Shown here piece after piece: positions 1-8,618 of a stretch of DNA of 64,000 bases. Made by a program: the position numbers and the translations under genes. Location: positions 40,799 through 104,798 of the forward strand of contig JAZKFH010000010.1 of NCBI GenBank assembly GCA_040386535.1. Reading direction: 5' to 3'. Position 1 is the stretch's first letter. Each line of letters begins with the position of its first letter. This DNA is from Myxococcota bacterium (GTDB lineage: Bacteria; Myxococcota_A; UBA796; SXON01). Under the pieces are notes generated by a model. The model made no database searches. It was not told the DNA's origin and was given only the letters and a program-made list of their open reading frames with translations.

Positions 1-1
1 C

Positions 2-82
2 GGCCCCATCGACACCGAGCAGGGCTGCGCGAGCTGCCACGGCGGCAACGGCGTGTCGGCCGATACCGGAGGGGCGCCGTGA
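2..82 (+). CDS. 3' end of a c-type cytochrome gene (partial, starts before the window)
   Basis: Frame 2 reads GPIDTEQG-CASCH-GGNGVSADTGGAP*. Its TGA (80-82) overlaps the GTG of the next gene (GTGA coupling). Confidence 0.75.
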   Translation, partial: GPIDTEQGCASCHGGNGVSADTGGAP

Positions 83-924
83 GGGTGTTCCTCCTGCTGC
101 TGGTCCTGCTCGCGATCGTCGCCACGCCGACGCTCCAGGCCTCACCCGGCGCCTCCACGCGGGTCGGGATGAGCCCCCACGGCGCGCCGGGCGCGTGCGC
201 GACCTGCCACGCTCCAACGTCGGGCCCCTCCCCCGGCGCCGTGCGGCCGGTCGATGCCACGTGCCGGAGCTGCCACGCCGACGCCGACTCGCACCCCGTC
301 AACGTGAAGCCGCGCGACATCGTCATCGCCCCCGGCTTCCCGCTCGAGAACGGGCTGGTGACCTGCGCCACGTGCCACGCCGAGCCCTCCTGCGACGCCG
401 GCCGCGAGAAGCTCGGGCCCTTCCTGCGCGGCGGCACCCCCGACCGCAAGGTGGAGTTCTGCAACCGGTGCCACGCGCCCACCACGCTGCAGCGGGTGGA
501 TCCGCACCACCCGGCCACGCCCACCGCGGAGGGCGATCCAACGTGCGCGGCCTGCCACAGCGGCAAGCCCGAGGCCGCGGCGCTCCCGGCGGTGGCGCGC
601 CTTCGCACGGCGCCCGCCGACGCTTGTGTCACGTGTCACCCCGGCCCGGTCCACGCCGGCGCCGCCGAACACGTCGGCAAGGTCCAGGCGCCGCTCTCGG
701 CCGCGCTCGCCCAGGCGCTGCCCCTCGACACCGGCAACCGTGTCGCGTGCTGGACGTGTCACGACGTGCACGCGCACGGCAGCCCCGCGCCTAGCACCCC
801 CAGCCCCCTCACCGTAGCGCTCCAGCGCCCCGCCGCGCCCCCCGCCACGGACCACCCCTCGATGCTGGCATTGCCGGCCGCGGACGGCACCCTCTGCCGC
901 GCCTGCCACGGAAAGGGCCCATGA
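79..924 (+). CDS. Secreted/periplasmic octaheme cytochrome c (cytochrome c3 / doubled-CxxCH type)
   Basis: Sec-type signal peptide (MRVFLLLLVLLAIVATPTLQA). 8 CxxCH motifs: CATCH, CRSCH, CATCH, CNRCH, CAACH, CVTCH, CWTCH, CRACH. HP distal-ligand motifs. Confidence 0.9.
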   Translation: MRVFLLLLVLLAIVATPTLQASPGASTRVGMSPHGAPGACATCHAPTSGPSPGAVRPVDATCRSCHADADSHPVNVKPRDIVIAPGFPLENGLVTCATCHAEPSCDAGREKLGPFLRGGTPDRKVEFCNRCHAPTTLQRVDPHHPATPTAEGDPTCAACHSGKPEAAALPAVARLRTAPADACVTCHPGPVHAGAAEHVGKVQAPLSAALAQALPLDTGNRVACWTCHDVHAHGSPAPSTPSPLTVALQRPAAPPATDHPSMLALPAADGTLCRACHGKGP

Positions 925-3440
925 TCGCGCTCGCCCTCCTCCTGGCGGCCTGTGACGGCGCCGAAGCGCCCGGCGGCACGCAGACCGCCGCGCTCCTCCC
1001 GGTCGACGAGGTCGCGACCGTCGTGTTGGACGCCGTGCTCCCCTCCGACGCGCTCTGGCTCCCCACCGGGGAGCTGCTCGTGCTCGACGGGTACGCGGGG
1101 CGCATCCTCCGCTTCGGCCCCGACGGCGCGGCGCGCGGCACCTGGAGCGAGGCCGCCAACCTCGGGGGCGCCGTGCGCCTCTCCCCCGCCGCGGACGGCG
1201 GCGTATGGGCCGTGGTGCCCGGGGACGAAGGCGACGCCGGGCTCCTCCTCCACCTCACGGTCGAGGGCGTGCTCGACACCATCCGCCCGCCCCAGGCGAT
1301 CGACGGCACCACGCTGCACCCGGTGGACGTGGTCGACCTCGGCAAGCACCTGCTCATCGCCGAGCGCACCGGCGCGCTGTCCTGGCTGGATCCGGCCACC
1401 GGCGCGCTCACCCGCACCCTCACCCACTTCGTCGCCGTCGGCGTCGACGCGGCCCCGCTGCGTCGCATCGTCGACCTCGCGCGGGACGTGGACGGCGGCG
1501 TCGTGGCGGTCGACACCCTGCTCCCCCGCGTCATCCCCGTCGACGCCGCCGGCCGGCCCGGCGCGGGCTTCGGCCGCCGCGGGCTCTCCGACGGTCACCT
1601 GTTCCGCCCCACCTCAGCCGCGGTGCTCCCCGGCGGTCTGCTCGTCGCCGACTCGGTGCTGGGCGCCGTCCAGGCCTTCGAGGCCGACGGGGACACGATC
1701 GGGCTCCTCGCGATCGACGGGACCGCGCTGGTGTTCGGGCATCCGGTGGCCGTGCGCGTCGACGACGACTCGCTCGTGGCCGTGCTCGAGGCGAAGCCCG
1801 CGCGCCTGCACCTCGTTCGGCTCCAGGGGCCGCTGCCGGAGGCCCCGCCCCCGTCGCTGCTGCGCACCACCCTGGTGGACGCCGACGCCGACCCGGCGGG
1901 CACGAACGGCGCCGCCTGCGTGCAATGCCACGACGGGCTCGTGCTCGACGGCCGCGACGTGTGGGATCCGGCACGCGGCCATCACCCCCGCGAAATGGTC
2001 CCCGTGGGGCCCCTCCCCGCCTTCTTTCCGCTCGAGGACGGCAAGATCGTGTGCACGACGTGCCACTCGCCACACGGCGTCGTGGACGCCCCGGTCGGCG
2101 CTGGAGAAGCGACCGGCTCCGCCGCGCCCCTCATCCGCCACAAGAGCGCCAGATCGCCGTTCCTCCGCCTCGACACCGACGCGGACGCGTTGTGCCTCGC
2201 CTGTCACACCGAGAACGAGCACACCAACGCCGGCACGGCGTCGTTGGGAGGGAGCGCGGCCGGCCACCCCACCGGCCCGGCCCTGATCGACGCCCTGAAG
2301 TCCCGCGACGGCGGCGGCCCGACCGACCCGACCCTGGCGAGCTGCCTCTCCTGCCACGCCATGCACGGCGCCACTGGCGACGCGATCACGCGCGACCCGA
2401 ACGACGGCAGCACCTGCCTCGGCTGTCACCCGGCGATGGGGAAGCCGGCCACCAACCACCCGCTCGGCAACGCGGCCGGGCGGGATCTCGGCGGCGAACG
2501 TGGCAGCCACGTGGCGCTCTCCGCGGCCGGCGGCATCGGCTGCCTGACCTGCCACGACCTCGGCGGCGACGCGAAGATCAGCCTGGTGCGCACCCTCCCC
2601 GGCGGGCGGGCCGTGTGCCTCGACTGTCACGACGAGCGCACCGATCTGGCGGGCAGCGGGCACGCCAAACTCGCGCGGGACGGCGCCCCCACCTGCGTTG
2701 CGTGTCACGACGTACACGGCGGCGAGCGCGACGCCCAGTTCGTGACCGCCACCCCGACAACCGCGGGGGATCCGACGGCCTGCCTTTCCTGCCACGCGCC
2801 CGGCAAACGCGGCGCTTCCGCCGGCGCCGCGCCCGGCCGCGTTGGCCACCCGGTCGACGGCCACACGTTGGAGAATGGGGACGCGCTCACCTGCCTCACG
2901 TGCCACGATGCCCACGCCGCCGACCTCCCCAGGGCCGGGAGCTGCGCCGAGTGCCACGCCCCCGAGGCCTCCGCTGCGAGCCGGGGAGGCCACGGCTCCG
3001 CGACGTGCCTCGACTGTCACCCCGCGCACGGTCGGGCGCCCGCCGCCCCGGCCGCCCTCGCGCGCATTACCAATCCCGCCAGCAGCCGTTGCCTCGCGTG
3101 TCACGCCCCGGGAACATCCAACACGAAGGCGACCAAGCTCGCCAGTTGGGACCACCCCGTGCCCACGTTCCTCCCCGACGGCAGCCGCTGGGCGCCCCTC
3201 GCCGGGCTCACCCTCTACACCACGAGCGGCGCTCCGGCGGCCCCCGGCGCCAACGGGGATCTGGCGTGCGAGAGCTGCCACGTCGTGCACGGACCGGAGG
3301 CCTCCGGCGAGGATCACCTGCGCAAGCGCGGCGGCTGGCAGGAGGCCTGCTCCTCGTGCCACGGCGACGAGGCCCTCGTGATGTACCGCTACTTCCACCA
3401 GCCCGATCGCCGCGACGATCTGCTCGGAGCGAGCCCATGA
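921..3440 (+). CDS. Lipoprotein: NHL-like beta-propeller fused to a 15-heme cytochrome c domain
   Basis: Lipobox LLAA|C. N-terminal half has NHL-like blades (GHLFRPTSAAV, LLVADSVLGAVQAF, FGHPVAVRVD). C-terminal half has 15 CxxCH motifs counted by eye. ATGA overlap with the upstream gene. Confidence 0.88.
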   Translation: MIALALLLAACDGAEAPGGTQTAALLPVDEVATVVLDAVLPSDALWLPTGELLVLDGYAGRILRFGPDGAARGTWSEAANLGGAVRLSPAADGGVWAVVPGDEGDAGLLLHLTVEGVLDTIRPPQAIDGTTLHPVDVVDLGKHLLIAERTGALSWLDPATGALTRTLTHFVAVGVDAAPLRRIVDLARDVDGGVVAVDTLLPRVIPVDAAGRPGAGFGRRGLSDGHLFRPTSAAVLPGGLLVADSVLGAVQAFEADGDTIGLLAIDGTALVFGHPVAVRVDDDSLVAVLEAKPARLHLVRLQGPLPEAPPPSLLRTTLVDADADPAGTNGAACVQCHDGLVLDGRDVWDPARGHHPREMVPVGPLPAFFPLEDGKIVCTTCHSPHGVVDAPVGAGEATGSAAPLIRHKSARSPFLRLDTDADALCLACHTENEHTNAGTASLGGSAAGHPTGPALIDALKSRDGGGPTDPTLASCLSCHAMHGATGDAITRDPNDGSTCLGCHPAMGKPATNHPLGNAAGRDLGGERGSHVALSAAGGIGCLTCHDLGGDAKISLVRTLPGGRAVCLDCHDERTDLAGSGHAKLARDGAPTCVACHDVHGGERDAQFVTATPTTAGDPTACLSCHAPGKRGASAGAAPGRVGHPVDGHTLENGDALTCLTCHDAHAADLPRAGSCAECHAPEASAASRGGHGSATCLDCHPAHGRAPAAPAALARITNPASSRCLACHAPGTSNTKATKLASWDHPVPTFLPDGSRWAPLAGLTLYTTSGAPAAPGANGDLACESCHVVHGPEASGEDHLRKRGGWQEACSSCHGDEALVMYRYFHQPDRRDDLLGASP

Positions 3441-3601
3441 TCCCCTCCCCCGTCGAACCGTCGCCGTCGGCCGAGCCCAGCGTGTGGCCCCGCACCGTGA
3501 AGCTCGCGATCGCAGCGTTCCTCCTCGGCTTCCTCCTCTTCGGCCCCGGCCTCGGGCAGGCGCGTTTTCTGCTGGATGCGTACCACCACGGGGGGTTGTA
3601 G
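3437..3601 (+). CDS. 54-aa single-pass membrane protein inside the cytochrome operon
   Basis: ATG at 3437 overlaps the upstream TGA, and its TAG (3599-3601) directly abuts the next ATG (3602). Sequence MIPSPVEPSPSAEPSVWPRTVKLAIAAFLLGFLLFGPGLGQARFLLDAYHHGGL has one hydrophobic helix. Confidence 0.65.
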   Translation: MIPSPVEPSPSAEPSVWPRTVKLAIAAFLLGFLLFGPGLGQARFLLDAYHHGGL

Positions 3602-4282
3602 ATGGGCAGACGTCTGCGCGCCGCGTTCGTGTGGCTGCGATCCACCAGGGCGTGGCTGGTGCTCCACCCGGTGTCGCTCGCGGTCGTCGTGTTCGCGCTC
3701 GTCGGGGGCGGTGCCAGCGGAGTGCCCGCCGGTGCGGCGATGCACACCTACATGTGGAAGGACGCGCGGTTCTGTGACGACTGTCACGTGCACGACTACG
3801 CCAACGAGGCCTGGGAGCGCTCTGCCCACGCGCGCCTCACCACCTGCCACGATTGCCACCGCGTGCCGATCCGGCACTACCCGAACAACCTCTACCTCGC
3901 GTTGTTCGACCGACCGCAGGTGCCCGAGGACATTCCCCAGCCCGACGTGGGCGTGGTGATCTGCGAGCAATGCCACTCCGAGACCGGTGACGACGAGCCG
4001 CTGACCGGGCCCCTGCCGGAGAAGCTGCGCCCGTGGGTGGTCAAGGTGGACCAGAGCCCGCTGCACCGCCTCCACCTGGACGCCACGAGCCGCGTCATCG
4101 AATGCCTCGACTGCCACGGCGGCCGCCACCTCGAGGTGCACCGCTTCACGGCCACCTCGGAGGGCTGCGAAACCTGCCACGCCGGGATCCGCCCCGAGGA
4201 CGAGAGCGGGCGCACCCTCTCGTGTCTCGATTGCCACGCCCAAGGCTTCCTGGGCCACGCCGGCGCGGCCGCCGCGCCGTGA
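3602..4282 (+). CDS. Membrane-anchored hexaheme cytochrome c, NapC/NirT/NrfH-like (candidate quinol dehydrogenase)
   Basis: N-terminal TM segment, then FCDDCH...W..SAH...TCHDCH, the spacing typical of NapC/NrfH. 6 CxxCH motifs in total. Confidence 0.78.
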   Translation: MGRRLRAAFVWLRSTRAWLVLHPVSLAVVVFALVGGGASGVPAGAAMHTYMWKDARFCDDCHVHDYANEAWERSAHARLTTCHDCHRVPIRHYPNNLYLALFDRPQVPEDIPQPDVGVVICEQCHSETGDDEPLTGPLPEKLRPWVVKVDQSPLHRLHLDATSRVIECLDCHGGRHLEVHRFTATSEGCETCHAGIRPEDESGRTLSCLDCHAQGFLGHAGAAAAP

Positions 4283-4337
4283 CGACACCCCCTCTCCTTG
4301 CTTCTCGCACCCTTCTCCAACTGACACCGAGGTCTCG

Positions 4338-6635
4338 ATGCAACTGAACCGATGGAAAATGACGGTCACGACCGGATGGGCGCTGCTCGCGCTCGCCGGG
4401 TGTGGCGTCGAGCCCGGCAAGAACGGCGAGGACGGCACCAAGGGCGCCGACGGCACGGACGGGCTCGACGGCTCGGATGGCACGGACGGCACAGACGGGC
4501 TCGACGGCACCGACGGGATCGACGGCCGCGACGGCCACGTCGGAGATGGCCCCTGGGGCGTGAACCTGGAGATCGTCGAGATCGCCGGGGCCACCGGCGG
4601 CGGCGGCGCCTTCCAGGTGGGCGACTACCCGGTGATCACCTTCGGCGTGACCGACGACGACGGCTTCGAGTACGACATGGCCGAGCTCTCCGCGGTGTAC
4701 TTCAACCTCGCCGGGCCCACCAGCCACGTGCAGATCGTGGTGTACAACTCCGACCTCGCGCGCGTCGTGGACACCGCGGTCTACAACTACGACGGCACCT
4801 GGACCTACACGTTCGACCTGCCGATCCCGGCGGTGTACGACGCCGTCCCCAACGACACGCCCGACCTCGGCGTGGACGACGGGGACTGGGGGGGCCTGCC
4901 GCTCGTGGACGGCACCTACATCCTCGGCGCCTGGGCGTACCTGAGCCAAGAGGACGAGGACGGGGAGTCGTACGTCGAGACCGACAACGTCACGACCAAC
5001 GTGCTCGTGGGCGCCGCCACGGTCGTGGAGCCGCGCGAGAACGTGCTCGCGGACAACTGCGCCGACTGCCACGGCGACACGTTCGAGGCCCACGGTGGCA
5101 GCCGCCGCGACCTCGACCTCTGCATCACCTGTCACGTGGACGGCTCCGAGGACCGCTACTCCGCCACCGACGCCACGACGACGCCCGGCGCGACCGTCGG
5201 CATGACGTCCATGATCCACAAGATCCACATGGGCGCCGACCTCACTAACGGCGTGTTCCTGAACGGCTTCCCCGGCGACCCCGGCGCCACCGGATACCCC
5301 GACTACAACGAGCACGACTTCTCCGAGGTGGTGTTCCCGAGCTGGCCGCTCGCCACCGCGGACTGTGCGTCCTGCCACGAGGGCGCCACCGGCGGCGATG
5401 TCGCGGAGAAGCCCACCCGGCTCGCCTGCGGCTCCTGCCACGACAGCCTCGACTTCGAGACCGGCGAGAACCACGAGGGCGGCGCCCAGGTGGACGACTC
5501 CAACTGCGCCGTGTGCCACTCCTCGGGGTTCGTGCCCGAGCACGGCGATCCCCGCGACCAGGGCGACGTGTGGGAGAGCAACGGCCACGCCGCGGGCAAG
5601 ACCGGCGTGAACATCACGGTGCTCACGGTCACCAACGGCGATGGCGAGACGACGCTCCAGCCCGGTGACACGGTGACCGCGACGTTCTCGGTCCTCTACG
5701 ACGACGGGACGCCCATCCCCCAGTCGTTCTTCGCGTACAGCGCGGCCTCGTCCACGTGCCCGACCATCTCCGGCGCTGGCACCGCCGTCCTGGTCGGCCC
5801 CAGCGACCACATGCAGCGCACGATGTACTCGCCTTCGGCGGGCAGCACGACCACGGTCGGCTCGGTCTTCGGCTCGTCCACGGTCGACACGACCACGGGG
5901 ATCTGGACCTACACGTTCATGAACACGGACGGGACGGCCCAGCCCATCCCGGCGACCTACGCGCTCCAGGTCAACGACACGGCGGAGTACGTCGACCTCT
6001 ACGGGGATCTGTACGGCCAGGCGCTGCGCTCCGGCACCTACCGGGTCGAGGTGCTCCTCTACACGTCCGTTTGGGAGGACACGACGTGCGCCAGCGGCAG
6101 TGACACCAGCGAGCGCTGGCGTGTCGCCGAGCCGGGCGGCCTGGACGTGCTCCTGGGCGACGCGACGACGATCGAGCCCCACTCCATCGTCACCGACGCG
6201 TCCTGCGAGTCCTGTCACAGCGAGGTCCGCTTCCACGGCGGCTCCCGCAAGGGCGTCGATTATTGTGTCACATGCCACACCCCGGGCTCGACGGACGGCG
6301 ACGTGCCCCCCGTGAGCGTGGACTTCGTGGCGGTGATCCACGGCACCCACTCCTCGGGCGCCGGGCTCGGCACCCCCTACGCGGGCGGCGGCACCCCGTA
6401 CGACATCACGTTCCCGCGCGTGGATGGCGGCGTCGCGGCCTGCGAGTCCTGCCACGGGGAGAACCCGGCGTGGCAGACCCCCTCGACCCGCGCGTGCATG
6501 ACGTGCCACACCAGCGACGCGGACTACGCCCACGCCGCGCTCAACACGGACGACGTGTACGGCGAGAGCTGCGAGGTGTGCCACGGCGAGGGCAGCGACT
6601 ACGCGGTCGAGGGCGTGCACGCCTGGGTCCGGTAG
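4338..6635 (+). CDS. mtrC: OmcA/MtrC-family decaheme outer-surface cytochrome c lipoprotein with an N-terminal collagen-like linker
   Basis: RBS GAGGT and lipobox LALAG|C. Architecture is beta domain / 5 hemes / beta domain / 5 hemes (10 CxxCH). Family motifs HGGSR, MIHKIHMG, ACGSCH, RACMTCH, ESCEVCHG. Confidence 0.88.
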   Translation: MQLNRWKMTVTTGWALLALAGCGVEPGKNGEDGTKGADGTDGLDGSDGTDGTDGLDGTDGIDGRDGHVGDGPWGVNLEIVEIAGATGGGGAFQVGDYPVITFGVTDDDGFEYDMAELSAVYFNLAGPTSHVQIVVYNSDLARVVDTAVYNYDGTWTYTFDLPIPAVYDAVPNDTPDLGVDDGDWGGLPLVDGTYILGAWAYLSQEDEDGESYVETDNVTTNVLVGAATVVEPRENVLADNCADCHGDTFEAHGGSRRDLDLCITCHVDGSEDRYSATDATTTPGATVGMTSMIHKIHMGADLTNGVFLNGFPGDPGATGYPDYNEHDFSEVVFPSWPLATADCASCHEGATGGDVAEKPTRLACGSCHDSLDFETGENHEGGAQVDDSNCAVCHSSGFVPEHGDPRDQGDVWESNGHAAGKTGVNITVLTVTNGDGETTLQPGDTVTATFSVLYDDGTPIPQSFFAYSAASSTCPTISGAGTAVLVGPSDHMQRTMYSPSAGSTTTVGSVFGSSTVDTTTGIWTYTFMNTDGTAQPIPATYALQVNDTAEYVDLYGDLYGQALRSGTYRVEVLLYTSVWEDTTCASGSDTSERWRVAEPGGLDVLLGDATTIEPHSIVTDASCESCHSEVRFHGGSRKGVDYCVTCHTPGSTDGDVPPVSVDFVAVIHGTHSSGAGLGTPYAGGGTPYDITFPRVDGGVAACESCHGENPAWQTPSTRACMTCHTSDADYAHAALNTDDVYGESCEVCHGEGSDYAVEGVHAWVR
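4396..4530 (+). repeat. Collagen-like (G-X-D)n repeat, about 14-15 triplets
   Basis: GKNGEDGTKGADGTDGLDGSDGTDGTDGLDGTDGIDGRDG directly after the lipoprotein Cys. Confidence 0.85.
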
Positions 6636-6661
6636 GCGGCTGACGTAGGTGGACGTAGGCG

Positions 6662-6695
6662 GACGGGAGGGGGGCGACCCTCTCCCGTTCTTGTC
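6662..6695 (+). terminator. Putative intrinsic terminator after the cytochrome operon
   Basis: Hairpin GACGGGAG-GGGG/GCGA/CCC-TCTCCCGTT followed by TCTTGT. The U-tract is weak. Confidence 0.5.
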
Positions 6696-6820
6696 TGGGC
6701 ACGCGGGCATGCGTCACGTCACGTCGCACGTCACGTGACGGTCACGCCCTGATCGGCTCGAAACACGCCTCCCCCTTCGGCACGGCGGTTGCTGCATGGC
6801 GGGCACCGGAGACCCCGCCC

Positions 6821-7438
6821 ATGCCCGTCCTTCTCGCCGCTCTCGCCCTCCTTGCCTGCACCTCCACGTCCGAAGACACCGGGGCCGACCCGGCGGACAC
6901 CGACACCGACACCGATACCGATACGGACACCGACACCGATACGGACACCGATACGGACACCGATACCGATACCGACACCGACACCGACACCGACACCGAT
7001 ACCGATACGGACACCGACACCACCCCCGTCTGGGCCGTGGGCGCCTTCGAGTGGGTGCTCAACGGAAACGCACACACGGACCCGACGGCCGCGGTGGCGT
7101 ACTCCACCACCGGGACGCGGATGGCGAGCCTGCGCGTCGACGGCACGGACGACGAGACCCGCGAGGGCGTGGTGATGCGGCTCGACGACGCGTCCAGCGC
7201 CGGCGCGGTGCCCGCTGGCGAATACCCCTGCGGCTTCGTCGATTACCCGATGGCGCTGCTCAGCGCGACGGAGGACGGCGCCTCCTACTCCAGCTACAAC
7301 GAAGGCGCCTCGTGCGTGGTCACCCTCGACGCCGCGGCGAGCCCCGGCGCCGTCGTCACCGGCTCGCTGACCGGCACCTACATCGACGCCACCGGCACGA
7401 ACACGTTGACCGGGCGCTTCTGGGTGGCGGTGCCGTAG
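6821..7438 (+). CDS. Lipoprotein with a (DT)n stalk and a small beta-rich domain
   Basis: Lipobox ALLA|C, about 20 DT repeats, then a beta-rich C-terminal domain with two Cys. Confidence 0.8.
   Translation: MPVLLAALALLACTSTSEDTGADPADTDTDTDTDTDTDTDTDTDTDTDTDTDTDTDTDTDTDTDTDTTPVWAVGAFEWVLNGNAHTDPTAAVAYSTTGTRMASLRVDGTDDETREGVVMRLDDASSAGAVPAGEYPCGFVDYPMALLSATEDGASYSSYNEGASCVVTLDAAASPGAVVTGSLTGTYIDATGTNTLTGRFWVAVP
6896..7022 (+). repeat. Hexamer repeat GAYACN encoding (Asp-Thr)n
   Basis: Mixed GACACC/GATACC/GATACG units. Confidence 0.95.
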
Positions 7439-7462
7439 CTCCGGTGCCGCCGGGGTGTCCGC

Positions 7463-8116
7463 TCAGAACACCCCGGGGATCACCCGCCACCGCACCGTCC
7501 CTGCGTACGCCGCGTAGCCGGCCAGCTCGTCGTGGAGCATCCGATCCTCGATGAGCGTCCGGCGCACGAACACCAGGATCACCGGCCACAACACGGGCGC
7601 GGCCAGCCACGACCCGAGGGCGGGGCCCGACCCGAGGCAGACGAAGACGACGGCCAGGTACATGGGATGGCGCACCAGGCCGTAGGGTCCGCTCGAGATC
7701 ACGGTCTGCGCACGCTCGGTCTGGATGCGGACGGCGCTCGACGCAAACGGGTTGGAGAGCAGGGTCCAGACCACCAGCACGAAGCCGGCCGCGAACGTGC
7801 AGAGCCCGACCAGCTGCAGAAGGATCGGCATCGAGCTCCACCCGAGCCGCCCGACATCGAGACCGGCCAGCCCGAGGTGGGCCGCCAACAACGGCACGGC
7901 CACCTTGCGCGTAGCGGCATCCCGGTCGGAGGGCGGCCGCAAACGCTCCGCGAGGAGAGCCGGCTGAAACCGGGACAGCAACACGTTGGTGGCCGTGCCG
8001 CTCCCCGCGAACACCCCGAGCCAGGCCCAGAACCAAACCAGGTCGAGCCGCCCGGCGGGCAGGAACAGGAGGCTGGCGGCGATCGAAACGACCGTGAGGA
8101 CACCGAGGACGATCAT
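7463..8116 (-). CDS. Isoprenylcysteine carboxyl methyltransferase (Ste14/PEMT) family membrane protein
   Basis: Multi-TM protein with motifs NPFASSAVRIQTER, VISSGPYGLVRHPMY, RTLIEDRML, Y..Y...VRWR. Confidence 0.9.
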   Translation of the reverse strand: MIVLGVLTVVSIAASLLFLPAGRLDLVWFWAWLGVFAGSGTATNVLLSRFQPALLAERLRPPSDRDAATRKVAVPLLAAHLGLAGLDVGRLGWSSMPILLQLVGLCTFAAGFVLVVWTLLSNPFASSAVRIQTERAQTVISSGPYGLVRHPMYLAVVFVCLGSGPALGSWLAAPVLWPVILVFVRRTLIEDRMLHDELAGYAAYAGTVRWRVIPGVF

Positions 8117-8559
8117 GACTTCTCCCCCTTCAAGGCCACGACGGTGGCATCGAGGGCCGCCTCGAGCTGCCGCGCGACCTCGGGTGGGAGGCGCGCGTAG
8201 ACCGATTCGAAGCTCTCTCGCCGCAAGGTCTGGATCCGTGCCAACAGCTCCTTTCCGCCCGCGCTGAGCGCGACGGCGGTGCGCCGACGATCCTCCGGGT
8301 CGATCCCCCGTTCCACGAGGCCACGGTGCTCCAGCTGGCTCACGAGATGGCTCGTGGCGCTCTGGGAGCGGCCGAGGTGGGTTTGAAGCGCCGAGATGGT
8401 CAGCGGGCCCGCGTCCGCGATCCGGAACAGGGCGATGGACTGCGGCACCGACAGGTCGAGCGCCGCGGTGGCCGAGAGGCCTGCCTGCATCTCGTCGACC
8501 AGGAGGTGCCGGAGCGTGGTGAGGTGCCGCCAGAGGGCGTCGGGGCTCGATTGCATCAT
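8113..8559 (-). CDS. MarR-family transcriptional regulator
   Basis: LSVPQ...LTISAL...SQSATSHLVSQLEHRGLVER..DPEDRR...LSAGG. Its stop overlaps the start of the methyltransferase gene. Start could be 8556, 8559 or 8580. Confidence 0.9.
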   Translation of the reverse strand: MMQSSPDALWRHLTTLRHLLVDEMQAGLSATAALDLSVPQSIALFRIADAGPLTISALQTHLGRSQSATSHLVSQLEHRGLVERGIDPEDRRRTAVALSAGGKELLARIQTLRRESFESVYARLPPEVARQLEAALDATVVALKGEKS

Positions 8560-8594
8560 TTCATCGATGTATCCAACCATCGATGCAAATGCAA
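8551..8594. promoter_or_regulatory. AT-rich palindromic operator-like region at the marR start
   Basis: TTGCATC...GATGCAA inverted repeat, with two CATCGATG palindromes in the same segment. Confidence 0.55.
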
Positions 8595-8618
8595 GCGCTC
8601 CCCCTCCACGCGGAGCGC

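Noticed and set aside
1205..3436. Long alternative-frame and antisense ORFs (e.g. 1205..3601, 4146..6710, 14359..16938, 27386..30007, 41558..44011)
   Set aside because: Arg/Pro/Gly-rich shadow ORFs expected in very high-GC DNA. They overlap well-supported genes. Only the last 54 codons of 1205..3601 look real.
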